This document shows, piece by piece, positions 56,001 through 64,000 of a DNA stretch of 64,000 nucleotides. Both the position numbers and the translations under genes were made by a program. The notes under the pieces were generated by a model. That model worked only from the letters and a program-made list of their open reading frames with translations. It was not told the origin of the DNA and ran no database searches. Numbering within the stretch: the first letter of the stretch is position 1; each line of letters starts with the position of its first letter. Origin of the DNA: a virus (lineage: Duplodnaviria; Heunggongvirae; Uroviricota; Caudoviricetes); IMG/VR virus record IMGVR_UViG_3300033068_001916. One strand, given 5' to 3'.

Positions 56001-56705
56001 ATGGAAATTAAAAGAAATCCTAAAGCACCTTCCAATAGAAGAGGTTGGTCAACCGCTGATGATTCAACGTTAATCAAAATGGCAAGAGGTGGAGCCTCTG
56101 GAGCTGAGATTGCAAAAATCTTAGGACGAACTGTTATGGCAGTAACAACAAGAAAACATATATTGCATGTTGATGTCCGTTTGAAATCATCTAAAGGTAG
56201 CGGTGTAGATGCTCCTAAATCTATTTCTAAAAACAACAAGAAAAAAAGAAAGGAGTTACCAATTAGAGTGATCTCCAGAACCCCAATTCAACATCCAGTA
56301 AAGGTTAAGACTCCAAGAACATCATGGACTAGCGAGGAGGATAAGGAATTGCTATCATTATACGCACAAGGGAATTCTGCTAAATTTATCGGAATGCTTT
56401 TAGGTAGAACCGCAGCAGCAGTTACAATCAGAAAATCAACACTTAAGAAATTGGAGACTACAGTTCAAAAAATTGAAGAGCCTAAGGTTGATGAAAAGAA
56501 AGCTGCTATGCTATTAAGAATGGAAAAAATGAGAGAAGCTAAAGGTAAATCTAAGAATAAACCAAAATCGGAGGATCAACCTAACAAAGAGGTGGAAACT
56601 AGAAATACAGAAGCAGACTTTCATGCGGGAGAAACAGACTTTGATACACTTTCAAGAATTGCTAAAAGAACTGGTGCTACCATCACAATTACATTTAACA
56701 AATAG
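56001..56705 (+). CDS. DNA-binding protein with two GcrA/Myb-like HTH repeats
   Basis: The listed TTG start 55974 lies in the -7 box, so ATG 56001 is used. WSTADDSTLIKMARGGASGAEIAKILGRTVMAVTTRKH and WTSEEDKELLSLYAQGNSAKFIGMLLGRTAAAVTIRK resemble the GcrA N-terminal W..E....L..LW..G.SasqIA..LG.sRNAViGK fold. Confidence 0.5.
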   Translation: MEIKRNPKAPSNRRGWSTADDSTLIKMARGGASGAEIAKILGRTVMAVTTRKHILHVDVRLKSSKGSGVDAPKSISKNNKKKRKELPIRVISRTPIQHPVKVKTPRTSWTSEEDKELLSLYAQGNSAKFIGMLLGRTAAAVTIRKSTLKKLETTVQKIEEPKVDEKKAAMLLRMEKMREAKGKSKNKPKSEDQPNKEVETRNTEADFHAGETDFDTLSRIAKRTGATITITFNK

Positions 56706-56722
56706 TTAAAACAGATATAAAT

Positions 56723-56755
56723 AAAAAGCCTGAGTTTGACACTCAGGCTTTTTTT
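56723..56755. terminator. bidirectional intrinsic terminator
   Basis: aaaaagcctgag-tttgac-actcaggcttttttt lies between convergent genes. Confidence 0.65.
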
Positions 56756-57455
56756 ATGATTCCATATATCTAACAAATGAACTGAATTTGAGATAATAGT
56801 AAGCAACAAATTCTAATAATGATTTATCTTTCAGTTCTGCCAAATATTTATCAATCTCAATATCAGTATAGTTTAGATAAACACTAACCCATAAATCAGG
56901 GAATTCATCAAAACTTTCAAGATCAAATTCATTTTCGTCTGGAATTAATAGTGATATTTTCTTAGCTATTTTTTCTGGAGTATTCATTTTTATCCAATCC
57001 ATCACAGCTTTTTGTTGCTTCTGTAAACCAAATTTAAGCTCAGCCTTTTGTGCTTCTGCTTCTAATTCGTCACTCATATAGATTGCAAACATAAAATATT
57101 CCCAATCCTCATCATCAGAAAGCACGGAAAACTCTCTTGTCGCATCCTGTGTAAATATCTCCAGCTCTCCTCTTTCAATAAATTGTAATGCATGAATAAG
57201 CTCATGTGCCATTGTTGAATCATCAACATTACCTGGACCAACTTCTATAACTATATTATTGGGCCTAGATTCATGGGAATCGAAACTTGCTTCAACACCA
57301 GGAGCATTTACCTGTCTTAGTTCAAGACTCGGATTTAAACTCTCAACCTTATTCCTATTTCTTTGCCATATATCAGAATCACCAACAAGTTTATTACATT
57401 GTGCAATAAAATCACCAGAATCACCGAAACTTTCAAACATTTTAATGTGCATCAT
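56754..57455 (-). CDS. putative zinc metallopeptidase (HExxH)
   Basis: STMAHELIHALQF. Confidence 0.4.
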   Translation of the reverse strand: MMHIKMFESFGDSGDFIAQCNKLVGDSDIWQRNRNKVESLNPSLELRQVNAPGVEASFDSHESRPNNIVIEVGPGNVDDSTMAHELIHALQFIERGELEIFTQDATREFSVLSDDEDWEYFMFAIYMSDELEAEAQKAELKFGLQKQQKAVMDWIKMNTPEKIAKKISLLIPDENEFDLESFDEFPDLWVSVYLNYTDIEIDKYLAELKDKSLLEFVAYYYLKFSSFVRYMES

Positions 57456-57978
57456 TCTTTACTTTCTTTTTAAGTTTTTCTATCTTATTTACTAGAGCAT
57501 TTACCCTTTTATCATTTATGCCGGATTCCTGAGTAGCAGGCAATCTTTCAATCCGATCCGGAATAGCGACAGGTGAATATGCAACCTCACCTCCACCAGG
57601 TCCATCCTGATTTCCTGTAGGTATATCATTTCTTATTATGGCATGAGATCTCGAGGGCTTTGATTTGTTTATATCACATTTAAGTTCATCAAGCATAGAT
57701 ATAAATTCAGATTCTCTCTGATCGATCTCGTTTGTGAATTTTCTTTGGTTTGTTATTATCTTCATATCAAGTGTATCTACAATCTTCTCCAAATAAGCAA
57801 TTCTTATATCCTGTCTTTTAGTTTCTGCTATACATTCAGTATTGCTTACAGTCAAAGCATCTATTAATTTTGGTCCGAGTGTGATAAGAACAAGAGTCAT
57901 CAGAAGCATTAAAAGAGCCAATATTCTCTGCGCTAATGTAAATTTATCAAGTATTTCTGGTATTCCCTTGAATTCCAT
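57442..57978 (-). CDS. membrane-anchored coiled-coil protein
   Basis: Minus-strand ORF with a TM segment. Confidence 0.45.
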   Translation of the reverse strand: MEFKGIPEILDKFTLAQRILALLMLLMTLVLITLGPKLIDALTVSNTECIAETKRQDIRIAYLEKIVDTLDMKIITNQRKFTNEIDQRESEFISMLDELKCDINKSKPSRSHAIIRNDIPTGNQDGPGGGEVAYSPVAIPDRIERLPATQESGINDKRVNALVNKIEKLKKKVKNDAH

Positions 57979-58083
57979 CTTTTATTTTTTTGAATATATA
58001 TATCTGATATAAAAATTAGCAAATGTCTGAGCATAGAGTCTATTTTACATGGGGAGGTAACACATTAATCTTCGGAGACCAGG

Positions 58084-59730
58084 ATGGGTAATATAGTAAA
58101 ATTTAATCCTTCACTTAGATCCGAGAATTCTATACAATCAGGTAATTTTAATATTGGTGTGAATAATACTCCAACAAATTTATCTGAATTTTATACAGGT
58201 ATTTGTCCAATAATTGGGGGGTATACAATTTACATTAATAAATCTTCTAATGGTCCATCAATCTACGCACCTAAAAATGATACTCAATTAATTGGGATAA
58301 CTAATAATTTGGGAGGTAATGTAACAACCGCTGAGGGTGCTTTGGTTTGGATAAACTCACAGAGTAATATGACCGTATTGAATAATAACTATCCTTCAAT
58401 TGTTACTAGTGGTCTTGTTCAAAATTGGGACTCGGGATTTGTATCATCATATCCAAAAACCGGTACAACTTGGAAAAATTTAAGCGTTGGAGGAATTAAC
58501 TCATCTTTAGTTAATGGTGTAGGATATAATAGTGAAAATTTTGGTAGTTTAGTTTTTGATGGGGTAGATGATGTAATAACCTCAAGCGCTGGTAACAATT
58601 ATCCATACCCTTATCATACTTTTGAAATTTGGGTAAAAAGTAGTGGATTAGCTCCGGGGATGACTCAAGGTGGTTTATTAGGTCTTGACTATGGTAGAGT
58701 GGTGACAATCACATCAACCGGAAATATTCAATATTCATTGTACACAGGTGTTGGTGCTAATCAAGGATTACTTTTTGCAGTTTCAACTACAGGTGTTAAT
58801 GTATTTGATAATAATTGGCACCACATAGTATGTTCAAGAGGTGAAAGTGTTTATGAAATGTATGTGGATGGTGTGTTGAATAAAACAGGGGGTAACGGTG
58901 GTCAATCAACGTGGAACGGTTTAAATACTTGGAGTAGTATGACTTCGGTTATAGGTAATAACCCAAACAATAGTAATCTTAAATTATTAGGGAATATTTC
59001 CTCAGTAAGAATTTATAATAGACAACTTACATTACAAGAAGTTTTACAAAATTATCGTGCCGGTCTCCAAAGATATATACCCACTAATGGGTTAGTTCTT
59101 TCATTAGATGCTCAAAACACCAATCTTTATGCTACCTCACCAACAACAGCGTATGATGTTAGTGGAAATGATATAAATGGTGTTTTAACTAATGGTGTTC
59201 AATATATTAGTGATGGTAATGGTTCTTGGAGTTTTGATGGTGTGGATGATAGGATAGTAACAACTTTAAATACTTTATCATCAAGTACAACTTGGACAGT
59301 ATGGGTTAAAAGAACTCAATCCATAAATGTTTATAATATGATTATGGGTATGTACTTACCTTACTTCGCATTTAGAAGTAATGGTAGTATTCATTTTTCT
59401 AATAGAATAAACGGGGTTCAACAAAATTTATATGCAACATCAAATTTAGTTGATAATGTTTGGTATAATATTACATTCGTTTCGTCATTTTCTGAGGGTA
59501 ATACAACAATGTTAATTTATTTAAACGGTGTGTTACAAACACAAACAACTTATACGGGTCAACAACCAACAACAACTGATAATAGTTTTAGATTAGGTAC
59601 TTGGTGGTCGGGTGGAAGTGAACAGTTTAGAGGGAATATTGGTGAGGTTAGTATATACAACAGAGCGTTAAGTACGTCAGAAATAACAACAATATTCAAC
59701 GCAACAAAATCAAGATATGGAATACAATAA
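58084..59730 (+). CDS. structural protein with two LamG/concanavalin-like lectin domains (putative tail fibre or receptor-binding protein)
   Basis: GNISSVRIYNRQLTLQEVLQNY and GNIGEVSIYNRALSTSEITTIFN are the hallmark LamG C-terminal strands. Confidence 0.55.
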   Translation: MGNIVKFNPSLRSENSIQSGNFNIGVNNTPTNLSEFYTGICPIIGGYTIYINKSSNGPSIYAPKNDTQLIGITNNLGGNVTTAEGALVWINSQSNMTVLNNNYPSIVTSGLVQNWDSGFVSSYPKTGTTWKNLSVGGINSSLVNGVGYNSENFGSLVFDGVDDVITSSAGNNYPYPYHTFEIWVKSSGLAPGMTQGGLLGLDYGRVVTITSTGNIQYSLYTGVGANQGLLFAVSTTGVNVFDNNWHHIVCSRGESVYEMYVDGVLNKTGGNGGQSTWNGLNTWSSMTSVIGNNPNNSNLKLLGNISSVRIYNRQLTLQEVLQNYRAGLQRYIPTNGLVLSLDAQNTNLYATSPTTAYDVSGNDINGVLTNGVQYISDGNGSWSFDGVDDRIVTTLNTLSSSTTWTVWVKRTQSINVYNMIMGMYLPYFAFRSNGSIHFSNRINGVQQNLYATSNLVDNVWYNITFVSSFSEGNTTMLIYLNGVLQTQTTYTGQQPTTTDNSFRLGTWWSGGSEQFRGNIGEVSIYNRALSTSEITTIFNATKSRYGIQ

Positions 59731-59974
59731 TAGAGAATTTATGATTTTTAATGTTAGTGAATTACCTAACATTGATTTTAATGAAGTTTTAGAAACTTCG
59801 ATTGATACCGTTAGAAAGTCGATAGATGAAACAAAAACATTTGTTAAATGGAATGGAGTGATGCCAATATGTGTATCAAACTTAACAACCAAAGAAGGTC
59901 CATATACTTATGATGAAATACTACAAATTCTATCAACTACTGAATGGAATGAACCAATTTCACTGATCCCTTAA
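59717..59974 (+). CDS. hypothetical protein
   Basis: ORF. Confidence 0.4.
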   Translation: MEYNNREFMIFNVSELPNIDFNEVLETSIDTVRKSIDETKTFVKWNGVMPICVSNLTTKEGPYTYDEILQILSTTEWNEPISLIP

Positions 59975-60083
59975 TAGTTCATAATTACATAATCATTAAG
60001 ATTAATCAGGACACAAACAATATTACATAGTCCAATATTCAATCAAAAAAATAAGGGATATATAGAACAAATAAAGTTACAAA

Positions 60084-63000
60084 TTGGCTCAATATCCACA
60101 ATCACCCCGAATAGGTCAAGCATTTTTATCCAACGATAACGGAATCCAACAATTATGGATTTGGAGTGGATATCAGTGGCTATTAGCAAACATATCAGGT
60201 GGTGGAGGAACCAGTGGTACTAGCGGTACATCAGGAAGTGGAGGTAGTGGAACTGGTACATCTGGTACTAGTGGAACTTCAGGAGCTGATGGTACATCCG
60301 GTACATCTGGAGGCATAGGGGAATCAGGTACTTCAGGTACTAGCGGATCAATAGGACCAGCGGGTACTAGTGGAACTTCAGGCAGCTCTGGTACTAGCGG
60401 AAGCTCGGGTACTTCTGGATCATCAGGTACTAGTGGAACTTCAGGTAGCTCCGGAACCTCAGGTTCATCAGGAACTAGCGGGACTAGAGGAACTTCAGGT
60501 TCATCAGGAACTAGCGGATCGTCAGGTAGCTCGGGAACTTCAGGTTCATCAGGAACTAGTGGAACTTCAGGTTCATCAGGAACTTCAGGTTCATCAGGAA
60601 CTTCAGGTTCATCAGGAACTTCAGGTTCATCAGGAACTAGTGGAACTAGTGGAACTAGTGGAAGCTCAGGTACTTCTGGATCATCAGGAACTAGTGGTAC
60701 CAGTGGAAGCTCAGGTACTTCGGGATCATCAGGAACTAGTGGTACCAGTGGAAGCTCAGGTACTTCAGGATCATCAGGAACTAGTGGTACCAGTGGAAGC
60801 TCAGGTACTTCAGGATCATCAGGAACTAGTGGTACTAGAGGAACCAGTGGAAGCTCAGGTACTTCAGGTTCTTCAGGAACTAGTGGAAGCTCAGGTACTT
60901 CAGGATCATCAGGAACTAGTGGAAGCTCAGGTACTTCTGGATCATCAGGTACTAGTGGAAGCTCAGGTACTAGCGGTACCTCGGGGACTAGTGGTTTAAG
61001 TGGGGTTGATGGAACATCGGGAAGCTCGGGTAGTTCTGGAACTAGTGGAAGCTCAGGTACTTCAGGTTCATCAGGTACTAGTGGAAGTTCGGGTTCTTCA
61101 GGTACTAGTGGAAGCTCAGGTACTTCAGGTACTAGTGGATCATCAGGTACTAGTGGAAGCTCAGGTTCTTCAGGTACTTCTGGATCATCAGGTACTAGTG
61201 GAAGCTCAGGAACTTCAGGTTCTTCAGGAACTAGTGGAAACTCAGGTTCTTCAGGAACTAGCGGAAGCTCAGGTTCTTCAGGTACTAGTGGATCATCAGG
61301 TTCATCAGGTTCTTCAGGTTCTTCAGGAACTAGTGGAACTTCAGGTTCTTCAGGTTCTTCAGGTTCATCAGGAACTAGTGGAAGCTCAGGTTCTTCAGGT
61401 TCTTCAGGTACTAGTGGAAGCTCAGGTACTTCAGGAACTAGTGGAAGCTCAGGAACTAGTGGAAGCTCAGGTACTAGTGGTACTTCAGGTTCTTCAGGTA
61501 CTAGTGGATCATCAGGTTCATCAGGAACTAGTGGAAGCTCAGGTACTTCAGGAACTAGAGGTACTAGTGGTACTTCAGGTTCTTCAGGCACTAGTGGAAG
61601 CTCAGGTACTAGTGGATCATCAGGAACTTCAGGTACTTCAGGTACTTCAGGTACTTCGGGTACTAGTGGATCCTCAGGTACTAGTGGATCCTCAGGTACT
61701 AGTGGATCCTCAGGTACTAGTGGAAGTTCGGGTTCTTCAGGAACTAGCGGATCATCAGGTTCTTCAGGAACTAGTGGTACTTCAGGTTCTTCAGGAACTA
61801 GTGGAAGTTCAGGTACTTCAGGTTCATCAGGTTCTTCAGGAACTAGTGGAAGCTCAGGTACTTCAGGAACTTCAGGTACTAGTGGTACTTCAGGTTCTTC
61901 AGGAACTAGTGGAAGCTCAGGTACTAGTGGATCATCAGGTACTTCAGGTTCTTCGGGTACCAGTGGAAGCTCAGGTACTTCGGGATCATCAGGAACTAGC
62001 GGATCATCAGGAACTTCAGGTTCTTCAGGAACTAGTGGAAGCTCAGGTACTAGTGGATCCTCAGGAACTAGTGGATCATCAGGAACTTCAGGTTCTTCAG
62101 GAACTAGTGGAAGCTCAGGTACTAGTGGATCATCAGGTACTTCAGGTTCTTCAGGAACTAGTGGATCCTCAGGTACTAGTGGATCCTCAGGTACTTCAGG
62201 TACTAGTGGATCATCAGGAACTTCAGGTACTAGTGGAATAAACGGGGTTAATGGCGCATCTGGAACTTCAGGTTCATCTGGTACTTCAGGAAATAGTGGA
62301 AGCTCAGGTTCTTCAGGAACTAGTGGAAGCTCAGGTACTTCAGGTTCTTCAGGAACTAGTGGTACTTCAGGTTCTTCAGGAACTAGAGGTACTAGTGGAA
62401 GCTCAGGTACTTCAGGTTCTTCAGGAACTAGTGGAAGCTCAGGTACTTCAGGTACTAGTGGAAGCTCAGGTACTTCAGGTTCTTCAGGAACTAGTGGAAG
62501 CTCAGGTACTTCAGGTACTAGAGGTACTAGTGGAAGCTCAGGTACTTCAGGATCATCAGGAACCAGTGGAAGCTCAGGTACTTCTGGATCATCAGGAACT
62601 AGTGGTACTAGTGGAAGCTCAGGTACTTCAGGTACTTCAGGAACTAGTGGAAGCTCAGGTACTTCAGGTAGTAGTGGGGAAAGTGGTATATCAGCAGGTC
62701 AAATATACTATTTCAACGAAAGTCAAAATTCTGATGTTTCAGGATATAAAGTACTATCATTATTACCATCAGGAGCAGCACAGCAAACACTAACAACAGC
62801 TCTATCAGGTGGTCAACAAAATGTGATGGTCGCTGATTATATAACACCTGAATTAGGTTTTGCTGTAATTCCTGCAGGCGTACAGAGATTCCATATACAT
62901 TATTTAAAACAAGCATCAAATGATAACATTGATGCTTATGTGGAAATACAATTGGCCAATTCGGCGGGGACACCAATAGGACCAACATTATCGACAAATG

Positions 63001-64000
63001 TTGGGTTAATCGGATGGGTTAGTTCTGTTGTGCCTGTCGAGATTAATCTTGACGTTATTTTAACAACGACAACAATCGATCCAACAAACAGGATGATTGC
63101 TAGATTATATCTAAGTAATAATGATGCAACGGCGCATTCGGTTGTTTATTATACGGAGGGAAATTCTTACTACTCATTCGTTCTTACATCCGTTGGTGCA
63201 ATTGCTGGAACATCAGGATCATCAGGAACTAGTGGAAGCTCAGGTACTTCTGGATCATCAGGTACTAGTGGAAGCTCAGGTACTTCAGGAACTAGTGGAA
63301 GCTCAGGAACTTCAGGAACTAGGGGAACTAGTGGAAGCTCAGGTACTTCGGGATCATCAGGAACTAGCGGTACTAGCGGAAGCTCAGGTACTTCGGGTAC
63401 TAGTGGTACTTCCGGATCAAGTGGTACTAGTGGAAGCTCAGGTACTAGCGGAACAAGGGGTACTTCGGGATCATCAGGAACTAGTGGTACTAGTGGGAGC
63501 TCAGGTACTTCCGGATCTTCGGGAACTAGTGGAAGCTCAGGTACTTCAGGTACATCGGGAACTAGTGGAAGCTCAGGTACTTCCGGATCATCAGGGACTA
63601 GTGGAAGCTCAGGTACTTCCGGATCATCAGGGACTAGTGGAAGCTCTGGAACTAGTGGATCTTCAGGAACAAGTGGTATAAGTGGATCTTCAGGAACTAG
63701 TGGTATAAGTGGATCTTCAGGAACTAGTGGATCTTCAGGAACAAGTGGTATAAGTGGATCTTCAGGAACTAGTGGAAGCTCTGGAACTAGTGGAACTAGA
63801 GGAACAAGTGGAAGCTCTGGAACTAGTGGATCTTCAGGAACAAGTGGATCTTCAGGAACAAGTGGTATAAGTGGAAGCTCTGGAACTAGTGGATCTTCAG
63901 GAACAAGTGGATCTTCAGGAACAAGTGGTACTAGGGGAACTAGTGGATCTTCAGGAACAAGTGGTATAAGTGGAAGCTCTGGAACTAGTGGATCTTCAGG
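60084..64000 (+). CDS. giant collagen-like (Gly-X-Y) repeat protein, proline-free (GTS/GSS triplets), with an internal ~175-aa non-collagenous domain; putative fibre protein; 3' partial
   Basis: Frame 0 is open from the stop at 60072 to the window end. There is no in-frame ATG; the candidate TTG start at 60084 is followed by AQYPQSPRIGQAFLSNDNGIQQLWIWSGYQWLLANISGGGG. Gly occupies every third codon from 60198 to 62690, a globular insert spans 62691-63212, and Gly-X-Y repeats resume to 64000. All six frames are open over the repeat blocks (60198-62690 and 63213-64000), and all listed ORFs in 60173-63681 are frame artefacts. Confidence 0.6.
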   Translation, partial: MAQYPQSPRIGQAFLSNDNGIQQLWIWSGYQWLLANISGGGGTSGTSGTSGSGGSGTGTSGTSGTSGADGTSGTSGGIGESGTSGTSGSIGPAGTSGTSGSSGTSGSSGTSGSSGTSGTSGSSGTSGSSGTSGTRGTSGSSGTSGSSGSSGTSGSSGTSGTSGSSGTSGSSGTSGSSGTSGSSGTSGTSGTSGSSGTSGSSGTSGTSGSSGTSGSSGTSGTSGSSGTSGSSGTSGTSGSSGTSGSSGTSGTRGTSGSSGTSGSSGTSGSSGTSGSSGTSGSSGTSGSSGTSGSSGTSGTSGTSGLSGVDGTSGSSGSSGTSGSSGTSGSSGTSGSSGSSGTSGSSGTSGTSGSSGTSGSSGSSGTSGSSGTSGSSGTSGSSGTSGNSGSSGTSGSSGSSGTSGSSGSSGSSGSSGTSGTSGSSGSSGSSGTSGSSGSSGSSGTSGSSGTSGTSGSSGTSGSSGTSGTSGSSGTSGSSGSSGTSGSSGTSGTRGTSGTSGSSGTSGSSGTSGSSGTSGTSGTSGTSGTSGSSGTSGSSGTSGSSGTSGSSGSSGTSGSSGSSGTSGTSGSSGTSGSSGTSGSSGSSGTSGSSGTSGTSGTSGTSGSSGTSGSSGTSGSSGTSGSSGTSGSSGTSGSSGTSGSSGTSGSSGTSGSSGTSGSSGTSGSSGTSGSSGTSGSSGTSGSSGTSGSSGTSGSSGTSGSSGTSGTSGSSGTSGTSGINGVNGASGTSGSSGTSGNSGSSGSSGTSGSSGTSGSSGTSGTSGSSGTRGTSGSSGTSGSSGTSGSSGTSGTSGSSGTSGSSGTSGSSGTSGTRGTSGSSGTSGSSGTSGSSGTSGSSGTSGTSGSSGTSGTSGTSGSSGTSGSSGESGISAGQIYYFNESQNSDVSGYKVLSLLPSGAAQQTLTTALSGGQQNVMVADYITPELGFAVIPAGVQRFHIHYLKQASNDNIDAYVEIQLANSAGTPIGPTLSTNVGLIGWVSSVVPVEINLDVILTTTTIDPTNRMIARLYLSNNDATAHSVVYYTEGNSYYSFVLTSVGAIAGTSGSSGTSGSSGTSGSSGTSGSSGTSGTSGSSGTSGTRGTSGSSGTSGSSGTSGTSGSSGTSGTSGTSGSSGTSGSSGTSGTRGTSGSSGTSGTSGSSGTSGSSGTSGSSGTSGTSGTSGSSGTSGSSGTSGSSGTSGSSGTSGSSGTSGSSGTSGISGSSGTSGISGSSGTSGSSGTSGISGSSGTSGSSGTSGTRGTSGSSGTSGSSGTSGSSGTSGISGSSGTSGSSGTSGSSGTSGTRGTSGSSGTSGISGSSGTSGSS
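60198..64000 (+). repeat. tandem 9-bp-unit repeats (ggaactagt / ggaagctca / ggtacttca variants), interrupted at 62691-63212
   Basis: Direct inspection: strictly periodic GGN-WCN-WSN units. Confidence 0.85.

Noticed and set aside
60173-63681. Seven long listed ORFs on both strands (PEEPEVPLVP..., MELQAALVLAEARVLL..., MGLMEHREARVV..., and others)
   Set aside because: They are alternative-frame and antisense readings of the 9-bp periodic collagen-like repeat. Only the Gly-every-third-codon frame (frame 0, + strand) is contiguous through the non-repetitive insert and upstream N-terminal region.
60198-64000. CRISPR array suspicion from highly periodic short repeats
   Set aside because: The repeat units are 9 bp with no spacers of unique sequence. 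The pattern is a coding Gly-X-Y periodicity, not repeat-spacer architecture, and there are no cas genes.

Overview
This 64-kb window looks like part of a large virulent bacteriophage genome, probably infecting a Bacteroidota host. The sequence is AT-rich and about 110 densely packed genes run almost entirely on the + strand. At least 15 copies of one promoter architecture are present: a 'TTATTyCGrAA' element, then 10-12 nt, then a Bacteroidota-type -7 box 'TAtaTTTG'. Hairpin plus T-run intrinsic terminators are frequent. No integrase, capsid or terminase gene is recognisable, so this is an accessory or early-type region plus some structural genes at the 3' end.

Five blocks carry recognisable content.
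- **Translation and tRNA maintenance.** The block holds a PTH2-like peptidyl-tRNA hydrolase, SmpB and a free-standing LAGLIDADG homing endonuclease. It also holds a Thg1-like tRNA 5'-end repair enzyme, a T4-Pnk-like 5'-kinase with a separate HAD phosphatase, and a Pol-beta-type nucleotidyltransferase. A second PTH2-like ORF has no start codon and sits directly behind an in-frame ATG-ACT-TAG.
- **Two non-coding loci (7.7-8.7 kb and 51.4-53.6 kb).** Together they hold at least 12 tRNA-like elements. Each has canonical acceptor, D and T arms at its ends, but the anticodon arm is either missing (one 59-nt copy) or replaced by a 40-110 nt structured insert.
- **An NAD+/ADP-ribose module.** This comprises NAMPT/NadV, a PRPP-synthetase-like enzyme, a Macro domain, a NADAR domain, an NadR-type ribosylnicotinamide kinase-like ATPase, a SLOG/DprA-like protein and two nucleoside 2-deoxyribosyltransferase-like proteins.
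- **Stress- and membrane-related genes.** These are a SpoT/Mesh1-like HD hydrolase, a flotillin/SPFH protein and LemA-like paralogs.
- **Structural genes at the 3' end.** A protein with two LamG domains is followed by a giant proline-free collagen-like (Gly-Thr/Ser-Ser)n ORF. That ORF is at least 1300 codons, starts at a TTG, and is open in all six frames over its repeat blocks.

All functional calls are by-eye motif recognition, and coordinates are hand-counted.
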